Below are positions 8,069 to 17,075 of a DNA stretch of 37,610 nt, piece after piece. Source of the stretch: Candidatus Heimdallarchaeota archaeon (GTDB lineage Archaea > Asgardarchaeota > Heimdallarchaeia > Heimdallarchaeales > Heimdallarchaeaceae); the NCBI GenBank assembly GCA_030668825.1, contig DAOVET010000021.1:1-37610 (forward strand), read 5' to 3'. The position numbers and the translations under genes were made by a program. Every line of letters starts with the position of its first letter. Position 1 is the first letter of the stretch. A model generated the notes under the pieces. That model saw nothing but the letters and a program-made list of their open reading frames with translations, did not search any database and was not told the origin of the DNA.

Positions 8069-9115
8069 CTAACTAATCGTGATTTTTTCTTGAAGTAGAA
8101 AACTTTTCCATTCTGTTTTACATGAACATTTGAATTCATTGTTTAAGTCTTCTAAATTTTGTGATAAAACAAATTGTTTCAAAGCCTCTGTCATTTGTTT
8201 GTCGCAGTCACCACAGTTATGTGCTCCTCTTTGAGTTCCTCCTGCAACAACATCACAAATTAATCTTAAATCGGGGTATTTTGATTTTATTTCTTTACAT
8301 AGGTGCAGTAGAGACCATAACCAAGGAGTTCTGTATTGGTTTTTCTCAAACATTATCGAAAGATAGGTTCCTCTATGTATACTGATTGCATTTATAGAAA
8401 TAGTATCAACTCCAAGTTTATTCAACTTGGACACGCTTTGCATAATATCCTTTATGGAATCATATTCAGAAACAAAAGGTGGTTTAAATAACAGATATGC
8501 CTTTACTTTTGCTCCTACATCGAAAATTCTGGTTGCAGCTTTTTCAAAGTCTTCCCAGAAAAATCCTTTATTGATAGATTTTTTCAAAATATCATCATTT
8601 GCACTTTCTAATCCGATTGCTATCTCAATTTTACTAATATCAATTGATTCTTTTATCGTTTGCATTGTCTTTTTTGTAACATACTCTGGTCTAGATTCAA
8701 GTACAATTTCGGTTATTTCCCTATATTGGGAAGCTTCTTCCAATATTTCTTTCTGTATCTCCTCAGGAATTTCAGAAATATCTAGAAAACTTCCACTAGT
8801 GAATAGTTTTAACGAATAGTTCCCTCCATCTTTGATGGAATCATGAAGTTTTTCCTTGAAAGCTTTCATCATATTCTCAAAATTAGGCTCTTGAGGATTA
8901 TCGTAGATATAGCCACAAATAGAACAACCACCACTTTTCGATAAAGCCCAAGAACAACCTTTAGTTGGGAGAATGAAAACAATTGCTTTACCTGGTCCAG
9001 AACGAAGACGGTGATCCTCAACCCAGTGAACTACTTTTCTTGAATGAGATCTTTCTCCTAATGCTTTACCTCTTATTTCTCTAATAGTATTGGCGAAATC
9101 TGGATTGATTTTCAT
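8069..9115 (-). CDS. raSEA: Archaeosine biosynthesis radical SAM enzyme RaSEA
   Basis: Long-spaced radical SAM motif GCSWALSKSGGCSICGY, TSGSFLD, ESRPEY, PWLWS, RGAHNCGDCD; immediately downstream of arcS. Confidence 0.92.
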   Translation of the reverse strand: MKINPDFANTIREIRGKALGERSHSRKVVHWVEDHRLRSGPGKAIVFILPTKGCSWALSKSGGCSICGYIYDNPQEPNFENMMKAFKEKLHDSIKDGGNYSLKLFTSGSFLDISEIPEEIQKEILEEASQYREITEIVLESRPEYVTKKTMQTIKESIDISKIEIAIGLESANDDILKKSINKGFFWEDFEKAATRIFDVGAKVKAYLLFKPPFVSEYDSIKDIMQSVSKLNKLGVDTISINAISIHRGTYLSIMFEKNQYRTPWLWSLLHLCKEIKSKYPDLRLICDVVAGGTQRGAHNCGDCDKQMTEALKQFVLSQNLEDLNNEFKCSCKTEWKSFLLQEKITIS

Positions 9116-9119
9116 TTTT

Positions 9120-11015
9120 TCACCTTTTTTTCTTTTTTATTTCTGCAACTTTACCAGATGTCATCTTGTTCATATCCTCTCCAGATACCAATGCACGTGC
9201 TGTTGCTATAACATCATTCTCAAACAGAACAAAAACTTCATCCTCAGGAAGTATGTGTGTATCTGCCTTTAGACAACCTGGGGCATAAATATTGCTCCCT
9301 GACACATAATCCGCTCCAAAATCAAGTTTGTTTAAGCTGATTTCTGAAACTTCTTTTGTATATGCAGGGAAAAGTGAAAGATAACCTGTTGATGCATGCA
9401 TAGTAGCAATATGCTTATCATCTCGGAAAATTTGAGGGCTTCTTGGATATCTGCCTTTTAGCTTTATTTTGCCGTGAAAAATTCTTTTTCCAGTTCCTGG
9501 TCCATATTGAAAATCAGCAATTGCTTGAATTTTCTTTGTATTTGAATTAACTTTCTCAGTTTGATTTAAGGAGAATCTTTCTTTGGTGTTCACCACGGCT
9601 TCTGATAGTTCTTGTAATGATTGATGACTAGTTGGTGGTGCTTTATAAGATGTATCTATTACCTCAAGGGAACTTTTTTCTCTAACTCTCTCAATGATAT
9701 CTTCATATCCTGAACCATGAAGGTGATTTATGATAATGCAGTCTTCTTGATAATGTGATAGTACATTTGAGAGAAGATTTGAAGTAATCTCTATTTCTTT
9801 TTCAGACCAACTTCCTGCTACAGGAATATCGTAGAATCTTGCGGGATAAATATTTTCAAGTTCTCGAGGAACTACAGATAATGGAGACGTGACAATTAAT
9901 TCTGATAACATTGAGAAAATGCTAGAACCAGCTTTCTTTATTGCATTTCTAAACATGATATGCGATCGAGACATTGTATATGGTTTTCTAGCTGAACATG
10001 GTAATAGTATTATGATTCTTGATGAAGAGTGCGGTCTAAATCTTTCCTTGACTCTCTCTCTAAATTCAGAAACAACTGGTCGATTTAAGGATTCTTCCCC
10101 TAAGCATTTGACTTTAGTTGATGAGATGATTGGAGTTCGTCTCCTTAATAATTCTCCAAATTTAGTATCCAAATGTCTTAGAGTTGCTGCAAAAGTGATA
10201 TTTCTGTGAATGTCCTGTTCTACTAGACTTCTTAAAGTTCCATTTCTCAGAGCAAAATTAACTCTAGCAAGAGCATTCTTTAGAACCGTTTCATTATGCC
10301 TAAAGATGTTTTTGGGCGTGGAAATGCATTGTGAGCAATAACAGGGTGGATGACTATCTATAGGGAAGACACCGTCTTCAGTAAGAAAGTAACCATTTTT
10401 TGATACTTGATAGGCTATTGAGTTATCAAAGAAGTCTATCCCAATATAAGTTAGAAAAGAGTATAAAGCTGGTGAAACAGAACCAGGTAGATAGAGACCT
10501 ATATCTGGTGATAATCTAGTTCTTAGATTAGACATTTTTTCGGCTAGTTTTCGTTGATTGGTAAATAGTTTACTTAAGTCATTAAGTATTATTAAAGAAC
10601 AATCTGTTTCAAGAATTCCATCTATTTTTTCAGATTCAAATTGATCTATTGGTAGATAAAAACTCTGTTCTCCTATTCTAGAAAGAGATAAAAACTCCTT
10701 TAGATATGTGTCATAATCTTCAATTCTTAACTTCTCAGAAGCATATGAAGGATAAAACGGTTGTAAAGAAAGCTGATTAGCTTCATGTAGAATTTTCTCT
10801 TTTTTTGCATCTGGGAGATTCCAGAGAAGTTTGATCTCTGATGAGTCATAAGATGAATAGTTAGGTACAAGCGTGGAATCAAAATGAGCTGAGTATCCTT
10901 CTAAAGATTCAGGTTTTTCAATTGATATGAGTCCTGGTGATAAAGGATAATGAGTCCGAGTCTCAGCTAAGATGCGTCCGAATCCAAATTGCGATAAGGG
11001 TTGGAAAAATCTCAT
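9120..11015 (-). CDS. arcS: Archaeosine synthase subunit alpha (ArcS)
   Basis: TGT-like region (YIGIDFFD, CYCSQC...RHN), LLPCSARKPYTMSRSH, TSPLSVVPRELE, YDIPVAGSWS and a C-terminal PUA domain. Confidence 0.92.
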   Translation of the reverse strand: MRFFQPLSQFGFGRILAETRTHYPLSPGLISIEKPESLEGYSAHFDSTLVPNYSSYDSSEIKLLWNLPDAKKEKILHEANQLSLQPFYPSYASEKLRIEDYDTYLKEFLSLSRIGEQSFYLPIDQFESEKIDGILETDCSLIILNDLSKLFTNQRKLAEKMSNLRTRLSPDIGLYLPGSVSPALYSFLTYIGIDFFDNSIAYQVSKNGYFLTEDGVFPIDSHPPCYCSQCISTPKNIFRHNETVLKNALARVNFALRNGTLRSLVEQDIHRNITFAATLRHLDTKFGELLRRRTPIISSTKVKCLGEESLNRPVVSEFRERVKERFRPHSSSRIIILLPCSARKPYTMSRSHIMFRNAIKKAGSSIFSMLSELIVTSPLSVVPRELENIYPARFYDIPVAGSWSEKEIEITSNLLSNVLSHYQEDCIIINHLHGSGYEDIIERVREKSSLEVIDTSYKAPPTSHQSLQELSEAVVNTKERFSLNQTEKVNSNTKKIQAIADFQYGPGTGKRIFHGKIKLKGRYPRSPQIFRDDKHIATMHASTGYLSLFPAYTKEVSEISLNKLDFGADYVSGSNIYAPGCLKADTHILPEDEVFVLFENDVIATARALVSGEDMNKMTSGKVAEIKKKKR

Positions 11016-11144
11016 TTCTATCCCGGATGTTATCTATGCAAAAAGGAAAGACAAACAGAATAAAAAGAATCTGGTAAATCAGAAAATTCATTCGATTACT
11101 GAGATAGACTAAAAAGGAGATAAAACAACTGTATTCTGAATCCA

Positions 11145-12302
11145 ATGATTGACCATATGCTTCAAGAAATTCATGAGCAACCTGCTTTTCTTCGAGAACT
11201 TATTAACACCAATAAAGAAAAGATATACGAAACAATTAATCGAATTAGGAAGAGAAATAGTATAAAGCGAATAATCTTGACAGGTTGTGGAGATTCTTTA
11301 TGTGCTGCTTTAACAAGTGAGTATGCTTTTAATACAAAGAACTTATCAACAATGGCTCTTCCTCCCATGGAATTTTCAGGATATAAGTATAAATTCTATG
11401 ATCTTTTAGATGATGAAACACTTCTAGTACCTATATCTGTTAGTGGAAGGACTCCCAGAGTAGTTGAAAGTATTCACGCAGCAAAAAGTAAGAATTGTTC
11501 AGTTTTAGCAATTACTAACAATCCAGATAGCCAAGTAGCTGAAATGTCTGATGAGTTCATTTACGCAAAATCTTCTCAAATAGATTCTCTGAAATCAAGT
11601 TCATATGAAGGAGAAGTAAGTAGTAAGTATGTTGGTTATGAACATGATATTCCACAAACGAAGAGCTATACAGCAGTTCAAATGGCTTTGTTACTTCTAG
11701 CTGAGAGTTTTGAGAAAAATCCTGATTATTCTGAATTAGAAATCATACCTGATATCATTGAAAAAATAATAGGAAATCCTCTAATCAAGGAATTAGGTAC
11801 TTGCCATTCTAGCGCTTCTAGACATATCTATTCTGCATCTGGTCCAAATTATGGAAATGCATTGTTTGGGGAATTTAAAATGTATGAATTTTCACTAGTT
11901 GGATTCAGTAAGGAAATTGAAGAATACTGTCATACAGCATATTTCATTACAGAAGAAAATACACCAGTAGTATTCATAGCTCCTCAGGACATTTCTTACC
12001 AAAGGACATCAGAGATTGCGCCCGTGCTTAAGAAAATTATTGGTGCGGTTCCAATAATTCTATCAGAAGTTCAACCAGATTTTGATTATTCTGAATGGAT
12101 AGAAGTACCTTATTTTGGTTCAGAGGAGAATTCAGTAATACCTTATGGAGTATTTGCTCCACTCTTTGCTTACTGGGTTGCCAAAGAAAGAGGGCTAAAT
12201 ACTAATACCTTTCGAGGTGGAGTAGAACAAGAGAAATATGTTGAAGGATCTTATTATACAATTAGACAAAGTAAGATAAAAAAAGAGTATAAGGATCAGT
12301 AA
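11145..12302 (+). CDS. Double SIS-domain sugar-phosphate isomerase/deaminase/deglycase (GlmS C-terminal-like, no glutaminase domain)
   Basis: MLQEIHEQP, TGCGDS, ISVSGRT, AITNNPDS, TKSY, FKMYE and EEYCH motifs. Confidence 0.85.
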   Translation: MIDHMLQEIHEQPAFLRELINTNKEKIYETINRIRKRNSIKRIILTGCGDSLCAALTSEYAFNTKNLSTMALPPMEFSGYKYKFYDLLDDETLLVPISVSGRTPRVVESIHAAKSKNCSVLAITNNPDSQVAEMSDEFIYAKSSQIDSLKSSSYEGEVSSKYVGYEHDIPQTKSYTAVQMALLLLAESFEKNPDYSELEIIPDIIEKIIGNPLIKELGTCHSSASRHIYSASGPNYGNALFGEFKMYEFSLVGFSKEIEEYCHTAYFITEENTPVVFIAPQDISYQRTSEIAPVLKKIIGAVPIILSEVQPDFDYSEWIEVPYFGSEENSVIPYGVFAPLFAYWVAKERGLNTNTFRGGVEQEKYVEGSYYTIRQSKIKKEYKDQ

Positions 12303-12352
12303 ATTTAATAGAAACACTTATATAATCTCAAAATGACGATATATTGATATAT

Positions 12353-13249
12353 ATGTCTTCGAATAAATGTGTTGCGAGAATGAGTATATATTTGGTTATC
12401 ATTCTTGTTTCTATACCAATACCTAAATCTCCGTCTTCATTTATTGCTAATGGTCGAGTTGAAGCTCCTCAAAATGTCTGGTTATGGGATTTGTATCCAG
12501 AGGGATTGAGCTCAAATCTCACAGTAGAGAAGATATACATTCATTTTACCATTGATGCGACTAATCACAAAGAAGCACTGAAAATTCAAATACAATCAGA
12601 GTATGAGATTTTGAATCAGAATGATACATCTGAGATACAACTAGTATTGCCCATTATACTTTACTTAACAAATTTAACTTCACCATATATATTTGATGAA
12701 GGCTCTGGGAATCAAACTTCATTTATTGACTATTCTTGGTGGGAACTTGATCCTTTTGATGAATATCCTAGTATGGTTATCTTAACAAATGTAACCTTCC
12801 AAGGATATTCAACTACTAGTATCAATTATGAATTGAATTTGATTATGAATATTGAAACTGGCACTAATTCAATTACTATCAGACACTTCTTAGAAGCACT
12901 AAGTTTGTGGGGGAAAGGTGTGAATAAGACCGTTATATTTGATGTTTTGGGAAAACAACCTTCTAGTTTTGCTGAATTTTGTCTCTCCTGTTCTGCACCT
13001 TGTAATGTAGATTTAGTAAAAGATCCAGAAATATCAAGAATTGATGGAGGGAAAAGTTACGAATGGGATATTATTGATGAATTTAAAAATGAAAACCATT
13101 GTCGAATATCGATTTATTTTGACTTAGATCCACATGATGATTTGCCCCTTATAGTAATAATTTTACCAATAGTCATAGCTTTGGTGGGTTCTGCAGCGAT
13201 TGTTTTTATTATAATAATTGTAAGATCTCGTATAAAAATGAAAAAATAA
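12353..13249 (+). CDS. Secreted, C-terminally membrane-anchored putative glycoprotein
   Basis: N-terminal hydrophobic signal-like stretch, six N-x-T sequons, C-terminal transmembrane helix followed by RSRIKMKK. The start could be 12344, 12353 or 12380. Confidence 0.75.
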   Translation: MSSNKCVARMSIYLVIILVSIPIPKSPSSFIANGRVEAPQNVWLWDLYPEGLSSNLTVEKIYIHFTIDATNHKEALKIQIQSEYEILNQNDTSEIQLVLPIILYLTNLTSPYIFDEGSGNQTSFIDYSWWELDPFDEYPSMVILTNVTFQGYSTTSINYELNLIMNIETGTNSITIRHFLEALSLWGKGVNKTVIFDVLGKQPSSFAEFCLSCSAPCNVDLVKDPEISRIDGGKSYEWDIIDEFKNENHCRISIYFDLDPHDDLPLIVIILPIVIALVGSAAIVFIIIIVRSRIKMKK

Positions 13250-13295
13250 CCAAAAAATATGGCATTGAAATAGAACGATGATATATAGTTACTAA

Positions 13296-14051
13296 CTATT
13301 GGGGATTATTAAACTCAATAGATTCAACCTTGAATTTTACATACTCAAAGTCTCCTTCTGTAAGGTGCCAAACACCAACAAAGTACGTGGGGATCATGAA
13401 ATTCTCAAATTTTTTGTATTCCTCATAATATCCACCCCATTTATCAAAAGAAGGTCCTGATTTGGTTGTTCTAGCTCTCACACTCTCAAATCTGGTGATC
13501 TCACCTTTCTCGTTAAAAGTAAAAACACCATTTGCTTTGATTCCTTTATCTTTAATAAAAATTCGAGCAGCAGTAGAATCAATTTCCTCCCATTTCAAAT
13601 AATCAGCAGTCAAAAAGACAGAAGGAAACATTGGTAATTCAGAAAGAAATCTCAGAAGCGATGCTTGGTTCACCTCATTTCCTGAACTTTTAGCAATTGG
13701 AATGAAAGAGTTAAGCTTAATCTTAACTTGTCCTTTTCCTTCATAATAATAATCTCTAGCAGAAATAGAAAGAATTGGTAAAGGTTTAATTTTTCCTTTC
13801 CAATAAAAAGCAGGTTTGTCTACCAAATAGTGATAATGACCTTTAATTTCAAACCAAGGTTTATTTTGATCAGTTTTGAACCCTCCTCCATGATGCATTT
13901 CTGCATAGAAAGTTGGTACAATCCCCTCAGTCAAAACAAGTCGAAGATATCGTTGAACAGGTTCAGGGAATTTATTTATTTCTTGAAATGAAATAGTACT
14001 TGTTTTCTTGTTTAATTGATTTAAAGCATTTTTTAAGATTGCCTTTTTCAT
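13296..14051 (-). CDS. DUF6544-like protein
   Basis: PEPVQRYL, FYWKGKI, RDYYYEGKG and LLRFLSEL...LKWEEID pattern recalled from this family. Confidence 0.7.
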   Translation of the reverse strand: MKKAILKNALNQLNKKTSTISFQEINKFPEPVQRYLRLVLTEGIVPTFYAEMHHGGGFKTDQNKPWFEIKGHYHYLVDKPAFYWKGKIKPLPILSISARDYYYEGKGQVKIKLNSFIPIAKSSGNEVNQASLLRFLSELPMFPSVFLTADYLKWEEIDSTAARIFIKDKGIKANGVFTFNEKGEITRFESVRARTTKSGPSFDKWGGYYEEYKKFENFMIPTYFVGVWHLTEGDFEYVKFKVESIEFNNPQ

Positions 14052-14103
14052 TAACTAGAAAGAACAAAGATTTTGTTAAAAGGATTTTTAAAAGGATACA
14101 AAA

Positions 14104-14180
14104 TGGTGAGCTAGAGGAGATTTGAACTCCTGACCGTCAGGTTAAAAGCCTGCTGCTCTACCTAGCTGAGCTACTAGCCC
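14104..14180 (-). tRNA. tRNA-Lys(UUU), CCA encoded, no intron
   Basis: Reverse complement folds as GGGCTAG TA GCTC AGCTAGGTA GAGC A GCAGG CTTTTAA CCTGA CGGTC AGGAG TTCAAAT CTCCT CTAGCTC ACCA (77 nt). Confidence 0.97.
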
Positions 14181-14205
14181 ATTACGTTTTGTTTTGATGA
14201 TATTC

Positions 14206-14224
14206 TTTTAATAAAACTTTCGTT
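14206..14224 (-). promoter_or_regulatory. BRE/TATA promoter of tRNA-Lys(UUU)
   Basis: AACGAAAGTTTTATTAAAA on the minus strand, 25 nt before the tRNA 5' end; identical copy at 28680-28698. Confidence 0.8.
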
Positions 14225-14230
14225 CAACAT

Positions 14231-14926
14231 CTAAATGTTTCGAAAAACTAAACAATAACTATGATCATAACCGTATCCATATATCCCATCATTCGTTTCT
14301 GTACTTGCATTTTCCCATTTTATTACTATTTCTCCTTCAAAATGCAAAACTTTGGAGATTTCTTTGGCAACATCCCAAGCTAAAGTTGTAACCTCACCTT
14401 GGTTTTTTATATTCGACAATTCTACAACAATGGTTGAGTTTGGCTTCATTACTTGTTTTACCTGTTTGTAGATTATCCCATAATCTAGTAAATACTGCTC
14501 ATAGCTTCCTTGCGTTGAAAAAGCAATGAAAGGATTTTCAACATCATCTTTAGGCATATACGGTGGGGAAGTTAAACAGAAATCACATTTTGGAATGTTA
14601 TATTCAAGTAATTTCAAAGTATCTCCATTAATTATATTCTCTTCATGTTCAAGATTCTCTCTAATGTATTTACATTTTTGTTCATCATACTCTATTCCAT
14701 ACGGAATTCTTTCCATATCTTCTGCTACAAATAGAGTTGTTCCTAATCCCGCAAATACATCTAATACAATATCTCCCTTTCTTGTATACTCTTCAAGGAA
14801 ATACTCTACAAGTGTCTCAGAGAACCTATTGTCGTCTCTTCTGAATCTCTCCGGTATTTCTCTTCTTTGGACTTTAGATAATGTTATAATAGTTTTCATT
14901 GTTTTGCACAAATTAGTTTTAGACAA
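14231..14926 (-). CDS. Orphan N6-adenine/N4-cytosine (amino) methyltransferase
   Basis: SAM-binding motif I VLDVFAGLGTT followed by catalytic motif IV TSPPY; no restriction enzyme nearby. The start may be 14899. Confidence 0.8.
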   Translation of the reverse strand: MSKTNLCKTMKTIITLSKVQRREIPERFRRDDNRFSETLVEYFLEEYTRKGDIVLDVFAGLGTTLFVAEDMERIPYGIEYDEQKCKYIRENLEHEENIINGDTLKLLEYNIPKCDFCLTSPPYMPKDDVENPFIAFSTQGSYEQYLLDYGIIYKQVKQVMKPNSTIVVELSNIKNQGEVTTLAWDVAKEISKVLHFEGEIVIKWENASTETNDGIYGYGYDHSYCLVFRNI

Positions 14927-15494
14927 AGTTAATCATACTTGCCTTAGTCAAAGTTACCCTTCTTCTTGTTCCTGGCGCATTCATTAAATGCCAGACAGCA
15001 TATTGTTCTTCATAAGGATAGGTTGATGATATTGCATCTACAGGGACAATAGTATCTAATCCTCTTGCAGCTGCTCCTGTGGTAGTATGTAGAACAGCTC
15101 CGTTTGCTGAGGTTCCAATGATAATGACCGTTTTAATTTTATTATTTTCGAGAATATTTTCTAATTCTGTATTATAGAATTTGTCAACACCTGATTTTAT
15201 AATAACTTCATCTTTTTTTGGAAAGACTTCTCTTCTGATATCATTTCTCGATGCTGCACTTGTTAAACTATAAATGATTAACATTTCACTATTTCTAGCT
15301 TTCTCCAGAATTAACTGAACGTGATGCAATCTCTTCAAACACCTTAATCTTCTGTCTTCATTGCAGTTATTATTTTGGATATCTAAAACTAGAAGTGCAG
15401 TTTCTTTGAGTTTTAGCTTAACTTCTGTTAGTTCTGGTGCACTTGGAGCTCTTACTCTTTCCCATTCTTCAATTATTGTTTGTTCAAGAGCCAT
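14919..15494 (-). CDS. Isochorismatase (cysteine hydrolase) family protein lacking the catalytic Cys
   Basis: TALLVLDIQ, KSGVDKFYNTELE and IKTVIIIGTSANGAVLHT, with Ala where GxxTxxCV has Cys. ATG at 15494 preferred over TTG at 15515. Confidence 0.8.
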   Translation of the reverse strand: MALEQTIIEEWERVRAPSAPELTEVKLKLKETALLVLDIQNNNCNEDRRLRCLKRLHHVQLILEKARNSEMLIIYSLTSAASRNDIRREVFPKKDEVIIKSGVDKFYNTELENILENNKIKTVIIIGTSANGAVLHTTTGAAARGLDTIVPVDAISSTYPYEEQYAVWHLMNAPGTRRRVTLTKASMINFV

Positions 15495-15545
15495 AATTTT
15501 GGTTAAGAGCAACAATATAAAATATTAACTGAATCAAATTTTTGT

Positions 15546-15561
15546 TACTCATTTTTGAATG
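15546..15561. promoter_or_regulatory. Imperfect palindrome upstream of ribK, candidate RbkR operator
   Basis: TACTCA-TTTT-TGAATG (a perfect right arm would be TGAGTA), just upstream of the BRE/TATA-like GAAAAATTTAAGTA. Confidence 0.35.
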
Positions 15562-15624
15562 ACGTATTGAAAAATTTAAGTATCCCTCCTTTTTTACGTA
15601 TAACAGTTCAGAAGAGGCGTTAGT

Positions 15625-16371
15625 GTGAACAGCAGTAGAGAAAGCAAAGAGAGTGTGAATATACTTGATCTCTCAACTAAAAACTCTATCTTTAGAGAAA
15701 TAGCAATTTTAATTTATTTAGCTCAGAGAAGAGCAGCTGAGAAAATAATAGAAGTAACTACTACTCAACTAGCTAACTACTTTTCCATCTCTCAACAAAC
15801 TGCATCAAGATGTTTACAAGAGCTTGATAAGAAGAAGATCGTGACTTGGAAATCTACACCTAAAGGCTCTTTGGTTAAACTAACCCCCATTGGTATTTCA
15901 ATTCTTGAAAAACTTCGTTTTGAACTTGAAAAAGCACTTCATCCAGATTTATCTTTTATTAAACTAAAAGGAAAAATTGTAACAGGTACTGGGCAGGGAA
16001 AATATTACATTTCTCGACCATCGTATCTTAAATCATTCAAAACTAAATTAGGTTTCACACCTTATTATGGAACATTAAATGTTAGAATAGATGCTGCTGA
16101 TAAGGATAGATTGGATTTGATTAGAGGTTCTTGGCCAACGATTATTACTGGGTTTGAAGGTGAAGAGCGAGAATTTGGGGATGTTTTATGCTATCCACTT
16201 GAAGTCATCAAGCTTGATGCTAAAGCTGCAGGAATTAAACCTAGGAGAACCCACCATGGCGAGAACATTCTTGAAATCATAAGTGATGTATGTATTAGAG
16301 ATACAATGAATCTCGAAGATGGTGATGAAATAATTATTAAGTTTTCACTAGAACAAAACGAGCGTGGTTAG
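15625..16371 (+). CDS. ribK: CTP-dependent riboflavin kinase with N-terminal winged HTH (RbkR type)
   Basis: TTTQLANYFSISQQTASRCLQEL HTH; GKIVTGTGQGKYY, LGFTPYYGTLN, PRRTHH and LEIIS motifs. Confidence 0.93.
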   Translation: MNSSRESKESVNILDLSTKNSIFREIAILIYLAQRRAAEKIIEVTTTQLANYFSISQQTASRCLQELDKKKIVTWKSTPKGSLVKLTPIGISILEKLRFELEKALHPDLSFIKLKGKIVTGTGQGKYYISRPSYLKSFKTKLGFTPYYGTLNVRIDAADKDRLDLIRGSWPTIITGFEGEEREFGDVLCYPLEVIKLDAKAAGIKPRRTHHGENILEIISDVCIRDTMNLEDGDEIIIKFSLEQNERG

Positions 16372-16373
16372 GT

Positions 16374-17009
16374 ATGTCAAGTATAGAAGATAAACTTGTA
16401 ATCAAACAAATCTATATAAATTCCCTAAAAGATATCAAAAGTTCTTTCACAAGTGTCTCACGACAATTAGGGTTTTCTTTAGAATATGTAAATACTTCTG
16501 TTGAATCTTTAATCGAAAAGGGGTCGATAGAAGTTGATTATCAAAACAATTATCATTTAACAGAACTAGGACGTAAGCAAATTTCTGTAATTTTAACAGG
16601 TGGGACTTTTGACATACTTCATGTTGGGCATCTCTTTACATTTAATCAATCTAAGCTCTTAGGAGATGTTCTTGTAGTAATTGTAGCAACTGACAAAAAC
16701 GTTGAGAAATTAAAGAACCACCCTCCAACAAACTCTCAAAAAGATAGAACTGAAATAGTTGACTATGTAAAAGGCGTTGATGCCGCAATATTGGGGGATG
16801 AGACTGACTATATGAAGATGATTGATATTGTAAATCCAGATATAATCGCATTGGGATATAATCAGAAACATGATGAAAAAGAGCTTTACAAAGCTATATC
16901 AGCGAGGGGATATCCCCATGTAAAAATTATCAGACTTCAAAAACATGTTTCGGGAAAATCAACATCTAAGATTGTTCAAGAAATAATAAAACACAATTAT
17001 CGAGAATGA
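16374..17009 (+). CDS. ribL: FAD synthase (cytidylyltransferase fold) with an N-terminal winged-helix extension
   Basis: GGTFDILHVGH, VIVATD, PDIIALGYNQ and STSKI motifs; 2 nt downstream of ribK; the first 65 or so aa end in wing-like GSIEVDYQNNYHLTELG. Confidence 0.85.
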   Translation: MSSIEDKLVIKQIYINSLKDIKSSFTSVSRQLGFSLEYVNTSVESLIEKGSIEVDYQNNYHLTELGRKQISVILTGGTFDILHVGHLFTFNQSKLLGDVLVVIVATDKNVEKLKNHPPTNSQKDRTEIVDYVKGVDAAILGDETDYMKMIDIVNPDIIALGYNQKHDEKELYKAISARGYPHVKIIRLQKHVSGKSTSKIVQEIIKHNYRE

Positions 17010-17075
17010 GCAATCTAACAAGTTGTCAAAATAACTTAGAAACCTTCTTAAAATTTCTAGACTTAATCAAATTGT

